Translations under genes and position numbers: made by a program
Notes under the pieces: generated by a model
The model's input: only the letters and a program-made list of their open reading frames with translations
What the model was told of the DNA's origin: nothing
Database searches by the model: none
NCBI GenBank assembly: GCA_008632985.1
Contig: QPGO01000012.1
Span: forward strand, 558,001 to 622,000
Direction of reading: 5' to 3'
DNA length: 64,000 nucleotides
Origin: Psammoneis japonica
Taxonomy: Eukaryota
In this document: one piece after another, positions 48,501 to 61,770 of the stretch
Position numbering within the stretch: position 1 is the stretch's first letter
Layout: each line of letters begins with the position of its first letter

Positions 48501-51500
48501 AGTGTTGGCAGACAAGTTAACATCGCCATCACTTCCTGGACAGAGGTCATGAAGGTTGACAGCCTCTGACTCATGGTGGTTGCCAGAACAGGTGGTGCAC
48601 AAGCCAAGGACAATGGCCTTGCCTCAGAGATCTGGCAAAATGCAATGCCGCTGTTCTTTGGTGAGGCTGGAGCTGTGAGTTTGAGAGGCACAAGCCTGAA
48701 TGATGTCAAAGTCACTGCCAATGTTGAAGAATGCATCATTGTCAGGGTCATCAGGAGCCAGGTCATGGGTGCAGATGGCACAGTGTGGAGTGCGGGAAGC
48801 CATCTTGGGCATGAAAGCACTGTCACACTGTGCTGCTGCAGAAAGCAGGAGCCTGCAACATTGCTCGCAGGATGGGCCAGTGTCATTCTGCATGCAAACT
48901 GTTTGGCTTGGTTCTTGATGGAACAAAGTTCTTCAACAGGATGAATGGCCTTCTCCAGCATGACACGTTTCTGGCCTGCAGAGAAGCAGTCTGCAGCCAG
49001 GATCAGGGCTTTGCACTTGCAGAGTTGGTCTTGCCAGCAATGTGTGAAGACCTGGGTGGAGCCCTTCCAGGTGCCATCACCAAGACAAGCGGTGGCAAGG
49101 AATGTGAGAAGGGCAATTGAGCAAATTGATGCTTCCCCTTTTGAAGCTGCTGTTGCCACCAAAGTGATGCTGTGCAACTTGTTTGGTGCTGCACCCTCTG
49201 CTGTTGTCAAAGAAGATCCCTTTGGCCTGCATCCTCCACTTCCAAGAGCTCTGCTGCCATGTGAACCCCTTGCAACACATGACAATGTTTTGCAACTCAG
49301 GAGCACCAGCTTTTGCCAGAGTCCATGGTTTTTTGCTCTGTTTTCAATGCTGGATTTTGTTTGAAGAAGTTTCAACCTGACTTTTCCCACAAACTAAAGA
49401 AAGGAGACCAGGACAAAGAGATCTGGAGGGGCAGATTTGCACCTGACACCTGACCAAATGGCTGGTTGGTGCTTGGATTTTCACTGTTGGCTTCAAAGCA
49501 ATGAGCAATCATGCTTGTTGGAAACTGGTGTGCATGCTCGCTGGTGTCAAGGCAGTCTCACCCAAGTGCTTGACTCCATTTTGAGGTGCTGCTCAGAATG
49601 CGGTGCAGCTTCGGTCTTGCACTTGCATGATCCATCTGCACATTTTACAAGATCACAGATGTGTTGGTGGTTTGTGATGGTGACCACCCTCCCTCTTGTC
49701 TTGCAGATGACATTGATTGGTTGGAAGTTGATGCTGCCATTGATTGTGGCAGCCAGCTCAACAAGATTCCCAAATCCAACAAGGGTGTGAAGCACCAGAA
49801 CAAAAACAATTGCTGTGACATTGGTTGGTGTGGCAGTCAATGTCAAAATGCCAATCATCCAGATGATGCCCATTTGCTTTCCCCTGCACTCTCTGAGCAA
49901 CTTGGTTGTGCTCCCAACACCAAGCCAAAACAGCTCAAAAGCCACATGCATCCTGGCTGCAACTGCGCCTTGGATGAAAGACAGTTGCAGTCCATTTGTT
50001 GACCCCAACAACCCAGATTGCACTGAGGAGTTTGGAAATGCACTGCATCCTGAGTGCAACACCAAGAATGGCAGGTGCTCCAGCCACAGTTTGTTTTGAA
50101 TCATCTTGCAGTTGCCATGGGGGGGACTTTCACAATGGTGTGATGAGCACAATCTGTGGCATCTCCAAGATTCTGCCAGAGCCAAGCAGTGGCCAGGTTG
50201 TGTGCTGCAGCATCAATTGCCAGAATCATGTGGCCACAGATGGGCTGCACAATCACACATTTCAAAACCCTTTGCTTGATGGCATGAGCTTGTTTCCAGC
50301 TGTGACAATTTTGATGAGTCTTGGCATCACCTGGGAAACCATTTGTGTGATGGGGACATGGTGGAGTGGATTCCAGGATTTTCTGTTGGCTTGTGGTTGC
50401 AAAATTTTCATTGCCCAGAGCTCCTTTCTGCAAAGTGCAAATTCAGTTGCCACACCCAGCAAACAACTTGAAATTGCTTTCTCAAAAAGGTGGAGCCATT
50501 GCTGTCAAGGCAGTGCACATGAAGCCATCAGCGTGGACATGTGCCATCACTCTGCTGACTTCTGTGTGCAACTGGCAGTCTGAATCCATGGCCAGCTGTT
50601 GTTGCTGCAACAACATCTTGCACAGGTGCAGCCATTGTTTCCAAATCATGTGCTTTGCACCACCAAGACAAGGAATTGCAATGGCTGTTCTTCAAGCTGT
50701 TTCTGCTGGCTTGATTTTTTTTTGCTGTCTTTCTAAAAAGAGTTTGTGTTGTTGTTTTTTTGGTGCACCCCACAGCCTGGCACAAGGCATCATGCAGTCT
50801 CAGCATGCACTTCTTTTTTGTGGACAACAATTGTCAACAATGGCCACCTCTTTTCCCATGTGATGTTGCTCTGTTGTGCTCTCATGAGAGAGTCCCTGTC
50901 AATGTGGGTCCTTCTCTGGATTTGAAGAATGCAAAAGAGAACACTCCACCAATGTGGTCGACACAGCCATTTCTGCTGCATCAAACAAGGAGTTGACAAG
51001 CATCCCTTTCAATGAACCAATGGAGGAGTTGGACATTTGACATGTTTCCTCCATCACTCTTGCTCAAGTGAGACATGTTGAAAGAGACAACTGATGTGCT
51101 TCAACCTCCAGCAAGCAATGCTCAATGCAACACCTGCAAAGAGAATGTCAACTCTGGTGTTCTTTGTGACATTCCTCAACCAGCTGTTCCCAACAAGCCT
51201 TGCAAGTCAGAGTCTTCAAGTGTTGAACTCATTGACAAAATGGTGGCCATTTTTGACAAGAAGCGATGAAAGTCAAAAACATGGTTGACTTTGGCAACTG
51301 TGCAAGTGTTCTTGTTTGTCACATTTCATTTTGCATGGCTGATCATTTGATGACAGAATCTTGTGTTCACATTTTACTGCTTTGCTCTAAAAAAGGTTGA
51401 CTCCACTTGATGACAAGGAGGAGTCTTCATTTGCAGTTTGCTGTTTTGCTCCAAAAAAGGTTGACTCCAAGATGAGATGGTGTGTTCAGCCAAAATCATG

Positions 51501-54500
51501 CAAGGGGACTGTCTGGCAGGGGATGTGGCAAGCAAGACAGGTCATCTCCTGCTCAATGCTTTGTCATTGTTGAACATTTGGCAAAGCAGGGCATTCACAA
51601 CATGGCTGTTTTAATCAACTGGGACAAGTTCCCAGCAATTTGTGCCATTGACTCAGTCTCCACAGAGAAGACACATGGTTGGAAGCTGAGTCTTTGTGCA
51701 CCCCCTGATTGTGAGTGGAGATGTGCTGCACTGTTTCACCAAGACCTGGTGAAGTTGGGGTCTGCACACTCCACAAAGAACGTCTCAAACCCCATTTGTG
51801 TCATTTGATTGCTCCAAACTTTCTGGTGGTTTTTGCAGGGCCAATGAAGCTTTTGCCAGCAGCCCATCTTCTGCATGTCAAAACTCCATCAAGTGAATGG
51901 CCACATGCTCTTGTGACTGGCCTCTCATGGGGTGACCATTGTGTTTGACTCTCATGATGAAGCCACTTTGTTGGATGCTTCTGCTCAGTTGCAGTTTGAC
52001 AAGGAGGCAGAAAAGGATTTTGTTGGAGTCCATCAAAAGTTTGTGGGAAAGCAGCAACCACAGAAACTCAAGGTTGGTGCTGGGTGTTTGTCAGGCAATG
52101 GCCATTTTGAGAACACAATTTGAGCATGGTTGTCAGCTTTGTTAAAACCCACAGAAATTGCAAGTTGTGAAAGCATTGAACAACCAATGCTTGTGCTGCA
52201 ACCAACTGACAGGTTTGATTTTCTTCATCCAAGGTGTTTGTGGCACCCATGTGAACAACATGATGCCAAGATTGAGGCAATGGCTGCAGCAAGATGAAAT
52301 GTTGATCATGCCTCCTCTCTGCTTCTCACACATGTCAGGCAAGATGACCACAATGTTGTTCCTCTTGTGGGAGCAATGTGCACATTGTTTGGTCTTGCCT
52401 TTTAATGTGTCCACTGGTGGACCCCAAATGGCCACCATTGTGCCCACATCTTTGGGTGCTGTGTGGGGACAATTTCTTCACCTGGTGGGTTGAATGCAAA
52501 AAAGCTTGAAATCTCTCACACTGGGAACTCCAGCTTCACAGCACAATCTGAGCACTCACTCAGTGCTTGCTGCCTCCCTCTTGGTGCAGCGTGTGGCACT
52601 CCATTCCACCAAATGGAGCCACAGTTTCAGGTGCACTCCCGCACTTCTTGTTTCACTCATTCTTTTTCTTCAACAGCATGCTCGCATGTGACTTGCTTTC
52701 TTGGAATTCGTTGACATGGTCAAAGAATCTCTGGCTTGGTGTGAAAGTGTGTGGTCCAATGTTGCTTCCTCTGAACACTGCAACTTGTCTGCCAGTCTTC
52801 TCATCCAGCAGTTGGAACTCATCTGCCACTCAGTTGCCCCATTTTGTGCAGCACTTGCTCTTCACATTCTTTGGATGGAGCATGTTTGCTGTCACATTCT
52901 CTGTGTTTTGAACTTCACATCCTTCCATCCTGGCATGATGCAGTCTTTGTCCAGGGTGTCCAGCACTCCTGCACTTGCAGAGACAGATCAGCCTTGGTTT
53001 TCAATTGCCGCACATTGTGCGCCACTGCCACAGTCTGGTTTGCTGCCATGCTGAGGGCGGAGCTGTCATCAAGGATGATCTTGTCCACCTCGATGGCTTT
53101 GTTGGCTTGGCTTGTGCTCGTCTCTGGTCTTTCATTTGCCAGTTGCAACCCATGCCATGCAGTGCTTCTGCTTTGGCTGGAACAGGTTGTTTGGTTGGAT
53201 CTGGCAGTGTTGGTGCTCATTTTGTCACTGTCCACCATCAAGTGGTGGTCATCTGCAGCATGCATGCAGACAAAAGGTCATTTTGTCACACCCTTTGTGA
53301 CATCTAAAGGCTGCAACACGTCACCGTGATGCATTGACTCTCATCAGTGGCTGCACATTGCACTCCTCCCCATGTGTCACGCGTCCATGCGCCTCTTTGC
53401 TGACGTGCACTGACACTGCACGGTTTTGGCGGAACAGTGTGGGCATGTGCGAAGGAACGTGCAGCTGCACAGAGTTTTTTGCGCATTCGACAGTGATCAA
53501 CATTGCTGCAGACAACTCCCACTCAGGGTTTCGAGCCCCTGGCCTCCTGCCTGATGGTTGCGATGAACCACTCCGCTGTGAATTCACAGTGCAGCATGCA
53601 TGCAGACAAAAGGTTATTTTGTCACGCCCTTTGTGACATCTAAAGGCTGTGACACGTCGCCGTGATGCATTGACTCTTGTCAGTGGCTGCACATTGCACA
53701 TCATCCCCAACTTGTGATTGCACATTGCTCTGTCCCTCAATGTCTGGCTTGGACCAATCATTTTCACAATCACCAACATCTTGTCAATGCTTTCAGTCTG
53801 GGGACTTGTGATTTAGTTTGCTGCAACAGCAACATGCTGCAGTGTCACTCTGGCTGCTCTTCTGGGCATGGCTCTGGTCCTTCATGTTGTTGAGCTGTCT
53901 GCCGCTGTTTTCATCATTGCCGCCACACCACTCTTGTTGTCTCTCTGCTCATTGTTCTTCCTCTTGTGACAGTTGTGGGGTCATTGTCTTTTGGGCTTCA
54001 CCCAAACTGCAGTCTCGCACAAAGACATTCTCTTCAAGCTCATTGCTGCTGTTCTCCATGAACAGGCATGCTGCCCACATTTCAAATGCTGGCTTCTTTG
54101 GCTCCTTTTGAAATCCAGAGTTTCCATCTTGGCACTCCTTGACATTGGACACAAATCCATCCAGTGTTCTGTCTCCCAGCCTTTCTTTTGTGGCATCTTG
54201 CTGGTTCTTGAATCTTGACAGACAATCATTCAGTGTCTCATTCTCCCTTTCACCTCACATCCAGAATGTTCTTCAAGGCCTCAGCAAGTGCATGGAATGA
54301 ATGTTGATCTCTTGTTGAGTTGAATGCAAGGGGTTGAATCAGTTTCAATGACATGTGAACAGAGGATCATCCCTGTCAATGCTTCAGAAACTGGGATGAG
54401 CTTGCACTCTCTGGTTTGTTTGCTTGGTGCAGGAGCAGTCATCTTTGCTTTTTGATGGCAGTTGCTTGGCTCCACTTTGCACTGGCACTCCAGTTCTTTG

Positions 54501-56610
54501 TTCTTTGTTTTCTCACTGCTTCTGCAGCAGCTTGACTTGGCATGTTGTGTCTGCATTGGCTGGCACTTTCATTGTGGACACAGTCAAGGTGGGTCTCTCA
54601 GAGGCAAAATCCTTGCTTTTCACATCTTCCAGGGATCTTCCCAAATGTGTGCCTTGTTCATGCTCCTTCTGTGTGCAATGGGTGATCTTCTCCTTGAGAT
54701 GTCTTCACATGCAGCATTGTGAGTGTCTTGCTGTTCAGCAACCAAGGATGGATCTTCATCTCAGGATGAAAGTGCTTCTCAGTTGGTCTTCTTCTTCAGG
54801 TTAGAGGACCTGCAACTCTTGTCACAGCCACAACCACAACCTTGGCCTCAGTCGTTTGTTCTGCCACCTCCTCTGCAACTCATTTTGCAGGTGCTCAGCA
54901 TTTCATTTAACTGTGTGCAGGTTGGTGTCTGCAAGCACCAAACACAGTGCCAGCAACTCTTTGGAGTGAATGTTGAACTGGCAAGAAGTCAATGTTGCCA
55001 AAAGAGAATCCTGTTGGGCTTCCTGTGTGGCTCAATGCACTTGCCTTGGTAAACTGCAATGGCTGTGGGTTGCCAAAGTTGTCACTGCAAACTGTGAACT
55101 TGCATGATGACAGGCACCTGCTGACACCAAATGTCAAATTGCGTGTGAGCCAAATGATTTGTTGTTCCAAAGAGTGAAATAAAATGAGAGGCAAGAGATT
55201 GATGATGACAAAATCTTGCTTGTAAAGAGTCACCCTGAACAAGCCACATCAGGAGTCAAAGTTTTGTTTTGAGCTGGCTGAAGATGACAGACAGACTCTG
55301 AAACATTGTTTTTGGATGATCACTGCAACTGTGAAAGTTGGAAATGAGCAGCTTGCAAGCTGGGAAAGAACATGACAGCACACCACAATCAGATGGCTGG
55401 TTTGGGGCGTGGGGTGGAGCAGCTCACTGTGTTGACCATTTGGATTGGAGCCTCTGCTGGCTGCTGGCATGTCGTTGACATCCCAATGTTGGACATGCAT
55501 GCCAGACACAACCTGCTGACTCCAGTCTTTCAGTGCAAGCAATGACCAAAAAAGGGTTTGCAGGTGGCAGGACTCAAAACCCACATACAAGCAAAAGTGT
55601 GATTCAAAGTGTCAGCCACTCTGACAGAGTCATCTCTTCTGGGAAATGTGTTCGTTGTGCATTGCTGGACTGTGTTGCACATGGATCCTGCATTTTTTGA
55701 AAAATGTTTCTGCCTTGCTAAGTTTTGGCTGGCAAAGTCACAAGGAGGTTGGGCCCAGCTCCTGACAGAAGAAAAGAAAGCATGACTGTGCTGTCTCAAC
55801 ATGCTCACAAGCAAACAACTCAAAGAGCCGCAAGGACTCGCCTTTCTGTGGATGAAGCATCACAGCCTTGCTGCATTGCTGCCACATGTGGAGTGGTCCA
55901 GCATTGCTTTTAAAGAGGATTTGATCATTTTTGAGCTGCTCAGGTGAGGTGCAGATCCACGAATGTCCGCCATTCTTCTTGCCTGCTTCAAAAGTCCATC
56001 TGCAGAGTCCATGCCAACCAACAACCAGCCAGCTCCTTCTTTGAAGGTCTCATCAATGCTGGAGGAGTGGGGTTGTTGGCCATTGTCAGATTGTCAAGAG
56101 CCATCATTGCCATCTTTGCTTGGAAATGTGGAACCTTTTCAGCCAAGTTGACACACCAATGCCACTGGACCAGGTTGCAAGTGGACCTCTGCAGCATGGT
56201 GGTTGGATCCATCATCCTGATTTATCCAGCCAGTGGTGTTGCTTTGCAGGTGGGGACAATTCAGAGCAGAAATTCATCATGCTCACAAGAGTGTCCTAGT
56301 CAAGTGGCATCATCTTGCGGTTGTGAAGAAGCTGGGCATTGTCTGCTGAAGGAAGAACTCTCATTTCGTCAAGTGTCAACAACAGTGTCTTGATGCTGAG
56401 CATGCAACTCTCGCAATGGTGCATCTGGGATTCTGGAGCACAACGTTGCCGATCTGTGAATTCTTCTGTGTCATGTTTCCTGAAAACTGAACCAGAAAGG
56501 ATTGGATGCGAGCTCGTTCGCAAAGAGTCAAGCACGCTCGTGCCTGCAGTGTTTGGCAGGATTGTTCCCGCCGAAAGTTGTGACAGACCGGTCAGAGAAA
56601 AGAAGCTGCA
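42575..56610. other. TpA/CpG-depleted block D (old copia plus unclassified relics)
   Basis: TA and CG are nearly absent over 14 kb. Confidence 0.85.
44866..49380 (-). mobile_element. Older, deleted and heavily mutated copy of the same or a closely related copia family; 3' LTR 44866-45114, 5' LTR not found
   Basis: Collinear fragments: CLGDGTWKG, KKACKSPNPALNVH, QQHQNFAE, EPLAIVAKDD, VCADDLAF, LEKGDHPKL; LTR starts tgacaggatttgaacaag. Confidence 0.9.
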
Positions 56611-56818
56611 TGCTACAATTTTCTTTTCAATTCAATCCCCAGTTTGGAGTGGAATATAATTCCTCTACGGTCTGTTGGATCTCATAACGAATTTATTTCA
56701 TGTTTACTGTTTGACTTCAGTGTGAGGGCGAGTAGTCTAGTCTAGTCTAGCCACTGGAGGGAGCGGTTGCGAACGTGCTCCCTGTCACCTGTTTCTGAAA
56801 TGTCAAAATCAATAATAC

Positions 56819-57862
56819 CTAGTTTGGCACCTTTGAACTTTCAAGAGCCTCATGTGCTGCATGGCCGTTTGACAGCGGAGCAGCACTTCTTGTTGTTGTA
56901 GTTGTACCGGTATTGAGATGCTGCCACTGTCCACCGTGACGACCATTATTGCTCGGTGGTGCTCGAGTTCCAAACGACGAAACATGAAATCGTCTAGCCG
57001 ACAAGTAGTAGGTTCTCTCTAGCTCTGCCACCATGTCCCAGTATTGACGAGCAATGGCATCGTCAATACGGACATCTTCGTAGTCCACGACCGCGTGAAC
57101 TTTGTGGTCGGGTCGTACCGAGCTCTTGAGAATCGCGTCCTCGACACCCTCCCGGATGGCTTCGACATCATCTTTAGTTTTGATTTGTAAACCACGAAAC
57201 TGCAAGAAAAGAGTGTTTGTTTTGGTATCGTACGATGTACACTTTTGCGTAATCTGTGCTGGAGTGATTTCAAACCGTTCGGGAGATAACCGCGGACGGA
57301 GTCCCGGCAAAACATGACGTCCCCATTCTTCATTGACGAGTTCGGCAACACCGGTATACCAAGCACCGACTGCCGTAAAGAATCCAAAATAACCCGCGGC
57401 CGTCTTGACATTATCGTTTCCAGTAGACGTGGCGGCAGCCAGCAAAAAGAAAGTGATTGCCAATAGGGCAAACACCACAATCAAACAGATATTTTTCCGT
57501 AGCGTAATTACGAAAAAGCAGCACGTCAAAATGCCCCACTGAATCAAATACAGCGTCTTGCCCGTGGTATAGTTCACTTGCCCGAATTCGGATTCAAGAC
57601 TTTCGTTTTGCAACATGACCAAACCCCAGCCGAGCCAAAAAGCACTGTAGGATCCAAAGACGGCAAAGGAAAACGAAGAGCCCTTTATGATTTCAAAGAT
57701 TGCCACAAGAAGCTGCACGAGACCACCAAAAAAGATGGCATAACCCACTACCATTTCTTCGAATTCCGCTTCGGCCCAACCGGTATCCACAAACATGAGC
57801 ATGGCTGTCGTCATGCCAAAGGAAAACAAACCGAGTGGAGCGGGATTGCCAAGTGAAGACAT
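56819..57862 (-). CDS. GPR1/FUN34/SatP (AceTr) acetate channel with an extra ~110-aa C-terminal soluble domain
   Basis: NPAPLGL motif, FGSYSAFW and six TM segments. Confidence 0.9.
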   Translation of the reverse strand: MSSLGNPAPLGLFSFGMTTAMLMFVDTGWAEAEFEEMVVGYAIFFGGLVQLLVAIFEIIKGSSFSFAVFGSYSAFWLGWGLVMLQNESLESEFGQVNYTTGKTLYLIQWGILTCCFFVITLRKNICLIVVFALLAITFFLLAAATSTGNDNVKTAAGYFGFFTAVGAWYTGVAELVNEEWGRHVLPGLRPRLSPERFEITPAQITQKCTSYDTKTNTLFLQFRGLQIKTKDDVEAIREGVEDAILKSSVRPDHKVHAVVDYEDVRIDDAIARQYWDMVAELERTYYLSARRFHVSSFGTRAPPSNNGRHGGQWQHLNTGTTTTTRSAAPLSNGHAAHEALESSKVPN

Positions 57863-58660
57863 GATGTTATATTTTAACGGAAAGGTGCACGGTATGAATT
57901 TCGGAGTAAAAAGAGAAAAAAAAAGATGCTGGTCTGCGACGAAAAGGAAACAATTCTTGTGAGTGCTTCAGGAATGAATCAGGACGTTACAGCACGACTA
58001 CACATGTGAATTGAAACGAGTTCTTTTCCAAAAAGTGACGGAACGACAGACGACCGTTGTTGGTCTCAATAATTTAACTACAGACTGCATTCTGCTCCTG
58101 AAATAGCGAGTTTGCATTTTTGAGAATTGCAATGCAGTACCACGGAAGAATTAGACTTACCGAATAAACGAGTTGACAAACAATGAGACAGACTCGGGAG
58201 CCGACCGAGGGCAACGAGCATTCTGTTTTGTTCTGGGCGATGGGTTCGCATTCAACTTGAAATTCCAGAAGAGAACAGAACTTTCCAGTACTGAATTCAC
58301 GTAGGTTTCTACGGCAACAGCCGATGGAACATCGAGCGCGCAAATCGTGCGTAAAATAGATGATGACCCGGATGTCCGTGACGACGCCATTCCCTTTCGC
58401 GCGACCAAAACACGACTTGAGCGCCCATCACACTCAAACGAACCGCGTCGTCCATCCATCCATGCGAAAAGCGTTGGAAGCCAGGATGAATGAACCAAAC
58501 ACGAGAATATCGGAGACATTATGAAGCCCATGTGCGTGGTTAAAAGCAGCCCAGGGCAACAGCAGCCACAGGAGAATGCGTGCGTCGAGAGCACAGTGCA
58601 ACAGGTGCATCATTGGCACATTGAGATTCCCGCCTTTTTTTCACTTTCTCCAAGGGGACC

Positions 58661-58831
58661 TGACGTCACGTAACGTCAATCTAATCAAAAATGTTCGTCA
58701 ATGTTGAATGTGTTTCGAACGAACATTTTGAATTTTATCGTACGCTGAATACTTTCATTCAATTCCTACACTCTTCCCCTCGTAGTTTAGACATTTCGTT
58801 GTTGCCGGTACCAATGCGTTGAATATGACGT
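58661..58831. promoter_or_regulatory. Candidate bZIP/aureochrome-type sites (TGACGTCA 58661, TGACGT 58826) and an 11-bp inverted repeat (58688-58729) in a divergent promoter
   Basis: Motifs read directly from the sequence; function inferred. Confidence 0.3.
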
Positions 58832-59014
58832 GAAAATGACGCATGATTCAAACCTCCGAATATTTGAATTGAACCTCCAATTGCCCTCGTACGCACGCTG
58901 ATTGGCGGATGGCACCTGCTGCCCGAACTTGCATTTTCAAACAGACACCGCGATCCATGATGCGTGCCCGTTGGCATTCTCACAATCTCTTTTTGAAACA
59001 ACAACAACATCATC

Positions 59015-60082
59015 ATGTCAACTGCATCTCTCTCTCGCTTGATTGAATCAACAAACATGGCAACAACAACAGCAACAATGCCAGAACCAGAATTGATGCG
59101 ACTGATTCGTCGTGAGGATTGGAATGCTGTGCTTGCTAGAATTGAATCACACGGTCACGAGGCGCGTTCTTGTCCGAAACGCGGTGCTAGTTTGCCCGTA
59201 CTGTTTTGTGTGCTATACCATCGTCCTCCTCTTGTTGTCGTGCAAGCTTTACTCAAAGCTCATCCTCAAGCACAGTACCAATGTCATTCTCACGGTAGAA
59301 TAGGTGATGTCCGACACGAGAACGCCACGGGCTGGACACTGGCGCATCAAGCAGCACGGTATGCTCAAGATCCTCAAGTGTTGGAACTCATTCTTCAGAA
59401 TCATCCGGCCTCGGCTTGTATCATGGACGACAAGGGTGATATTCCTCTGTCGGTGGTTTCCAATGTTGGTACTCTACAACATGCAAATAATAATGAAGAA
59501 CAACAAAGAAGCGCTCTTTCCAAAGCAATTTTACTAATCAAGGCCATGCGGTTTGGAAAGCTCCATGTTGCTCCCGACAAGTTTTTTCCGATTCACGATT
59601 TGATTGAATAATCGATTCATTTGCACAGTATGGAATTGATTCAGTATGCGGTGACGCAATACCCGGACGAATTGCAACGCATCGATCCAGTAAAAGGCAA
59701 CACACCTCTTCATGTGGCGTGCATGGCTCCTCCCGTACTCCAAGTCGGATGCTGCTGTGGTGGGTCCTACGAGGATGCCGTCGACTGTCTTGTGGAACAA
59801 CATCCCGAAGCGGCCAAGGTACGAAACCGTGATGGACAATTGCCACTCACGTTGGCACTGGAGCATGGCAAGGACAATTTGGAAATGTTGGCCCAAGCCC
59901 ATCCCGCTGCCGTGTTGGAAACGACGCAGAGCGGAATTTATCCATTCATGCACGCGGCGGCTTTGTGCCAACAGAACAGTGTCGTCGACGAACGAAACGT
60001 CGAACGCCTTTCTTGTGTTTATACATTATTGAGAACTTGTCCCGAACTGAATCGATTCCATCAAGAAGAAGCAAAAGCATGA
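59015..60082 (+). CDS. Diatom-type ankyrin-repeat-like protein with an in-frame TAA at 59609-59611
   Basis: GWTLAHQAA, GNTPLHVAC, GQLPLTLA and YPFMHAA; both ORFs are in the same frame. Confidence 0.7.
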
Positions 60083-60949
60083 TACAGAAAATAAAAAAAG
60101 ATTTACATGTCATTGTTGGTTTGTTTTCTTTTTTGTTTGTACATTTTCCTTTTGGTCGTCAAGCCACTTGCACGCTTCAAAAAAGACAGACCAATCCAGG
60201 GCACCCTGTTGTCGTTGCACAAACAAGATCGGTAAAGCAGTAGATAGTCAAGTACTCTTGTCTACATTATTGAAGACAGTGAGCGGTGCGTTCAAATTGA
60301 ACTCTACCCCTCGTCCCTGCTCTGCGACGAGCGAAATGAAGATGCCGTCCACATAACCGTGCGCCTGAAACCATTGGCGACAAATTTACTACACCAAAAA
60401 ACGAAAGGAAGCGCAATCAAAACAACACTTTTTGGCAAAAAGATCCCATCCAAAAGAAAGTGAAATTCACAAAGTCCCACTTTTGTTGCACCCTTTTGTG
60501 GACCCACCTTTCTCTGTCGGAACATCCGAGAAGAACAGCATCATTTGGTGGGGCACCAAAAAGATCTTTGTTGGATGAGAAACGAAAAACACAATCACAC
60601 TGGTGCGCAAAAGTTGTCCATGAAATGAGACTGGATTCTGACTGTGAGTGCACTCTTGTTCCTGCATCACATGGAGAAGAGTCATGGAGCAAAACACGGT
60701 GAACTTCTGCAGCAGTCTGCATGCAAGATGAAACCCAACTAGCGCATTGTCCACACAGCAATGAGTTGCTGTGATTCCGCTCCGCACACATGCCAGTCTC
60801 CATTCAAGACACTGTCCAGACCTCTTTTAAAAACTTTTTAGCGGCTCATGACATTGAACATGGCATTCCTGCAGATCCTTTGTTGCGGTCTTAGATCAGC
60901 TTAGATTCTTTCTCTCCATGGTTTGCCTGGCCAATGAGCTCATTTGACA

Positions 60950-61770
60950 AAGGATCATTTCGAAATGCATGTGAGCTTTGGAAAGGATGCCTCAAGATGA
61001 GCATTTCCTTTGGCTTGGAGAAGCGCTCAACTCGGTCCCTTTCTAGAAGGTGCGCCCTCACCACAGCCACTGTGGAACCTGTCAACCACATCCATGCCTT
61101 CAAAATTACTTTGCCAAAAGGGCCAAAGCCCTGTTTGTCTCTAGAAAGCCATTGCCTTGCTCTCTTGTGTTGTTGAAAATCTGTGGCGTGCGAGTGTTGG
61201 GGCCTGCAGTGGCAAAGATGACAGTGCCACGAGCATTGCCAACTTTGACCGGATCATCTTTAATGCTAGAAGTGCACCACTTGGACTGCACAGAGGATTG
61301 CCATCAATGCCAAACTGAGAGACAAAGAGCCAGGCAAAACCCAGAAAAGCCTCTGCATCCATCCCAGAACCCTTCTTTTGTCAACTCCTGCAAGGACAAA
61401 AACAGAGTGGCTTGATGCATTCTACCACATTTTTGTTGTGTGCCTCAAAGTGCTGAATGCCAAGCGGGGCCCAATCTAGATGGAGCTGGATCTTGATGGT
61501 TCCCGCGCACTCTTCGAGACAAACCATCCAAATGGTTGCCCACCTTGAACTTGTGACACTTCCTTTTCCCTCGTCCGCAATGGCAGGCTTGACAGTTGAA
61601 ACCACTGCAGCCGTGAATGCAGTCTCCACTGCTTGCTTTTCGGCAGGACATGGTGCTCAGTTCAAATGATGATGTCCGAGAAGTGAACCATGCCGCGTGC
61701 AGAAAGCCGCGTGCTCCACACATGGAGGCAACAAGAATGGCAAGAGAGAACAGATTGCAGAACATCATTG
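60950..61770 (-). pseudogene. Cyclophilin-type PPIase pseudogene with signal peptide, inside TpA-depleted block E (~60400-61780)
   Basis: WAPLG, FVSQFGI, IKDDPVKVGNARGTVIFATAGPNTRT.QIF and EGMDVVDRFHSGCGEGAPS.KGP; stops and frameshifts. Confidence 0.85.

Noticed and set aside
55845..55865. VDEASQ resembling a Upf1-like helicase Walker B motif
   Set aside because: No other helicase motifs are recognisable nearby; likely chance.
49400..56600. Assignment of relic coding fragments to a specific TE superfamily
   Set aside because: Too degenerate to identify by eye; needs in-silico reversion of TG/CA and profile searches.
42505..56725. Possible flanking direct repeat around block D (ttactgt..cagtgtga)
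   Set aside because: The match is too short and gapped to distinguish from chance.
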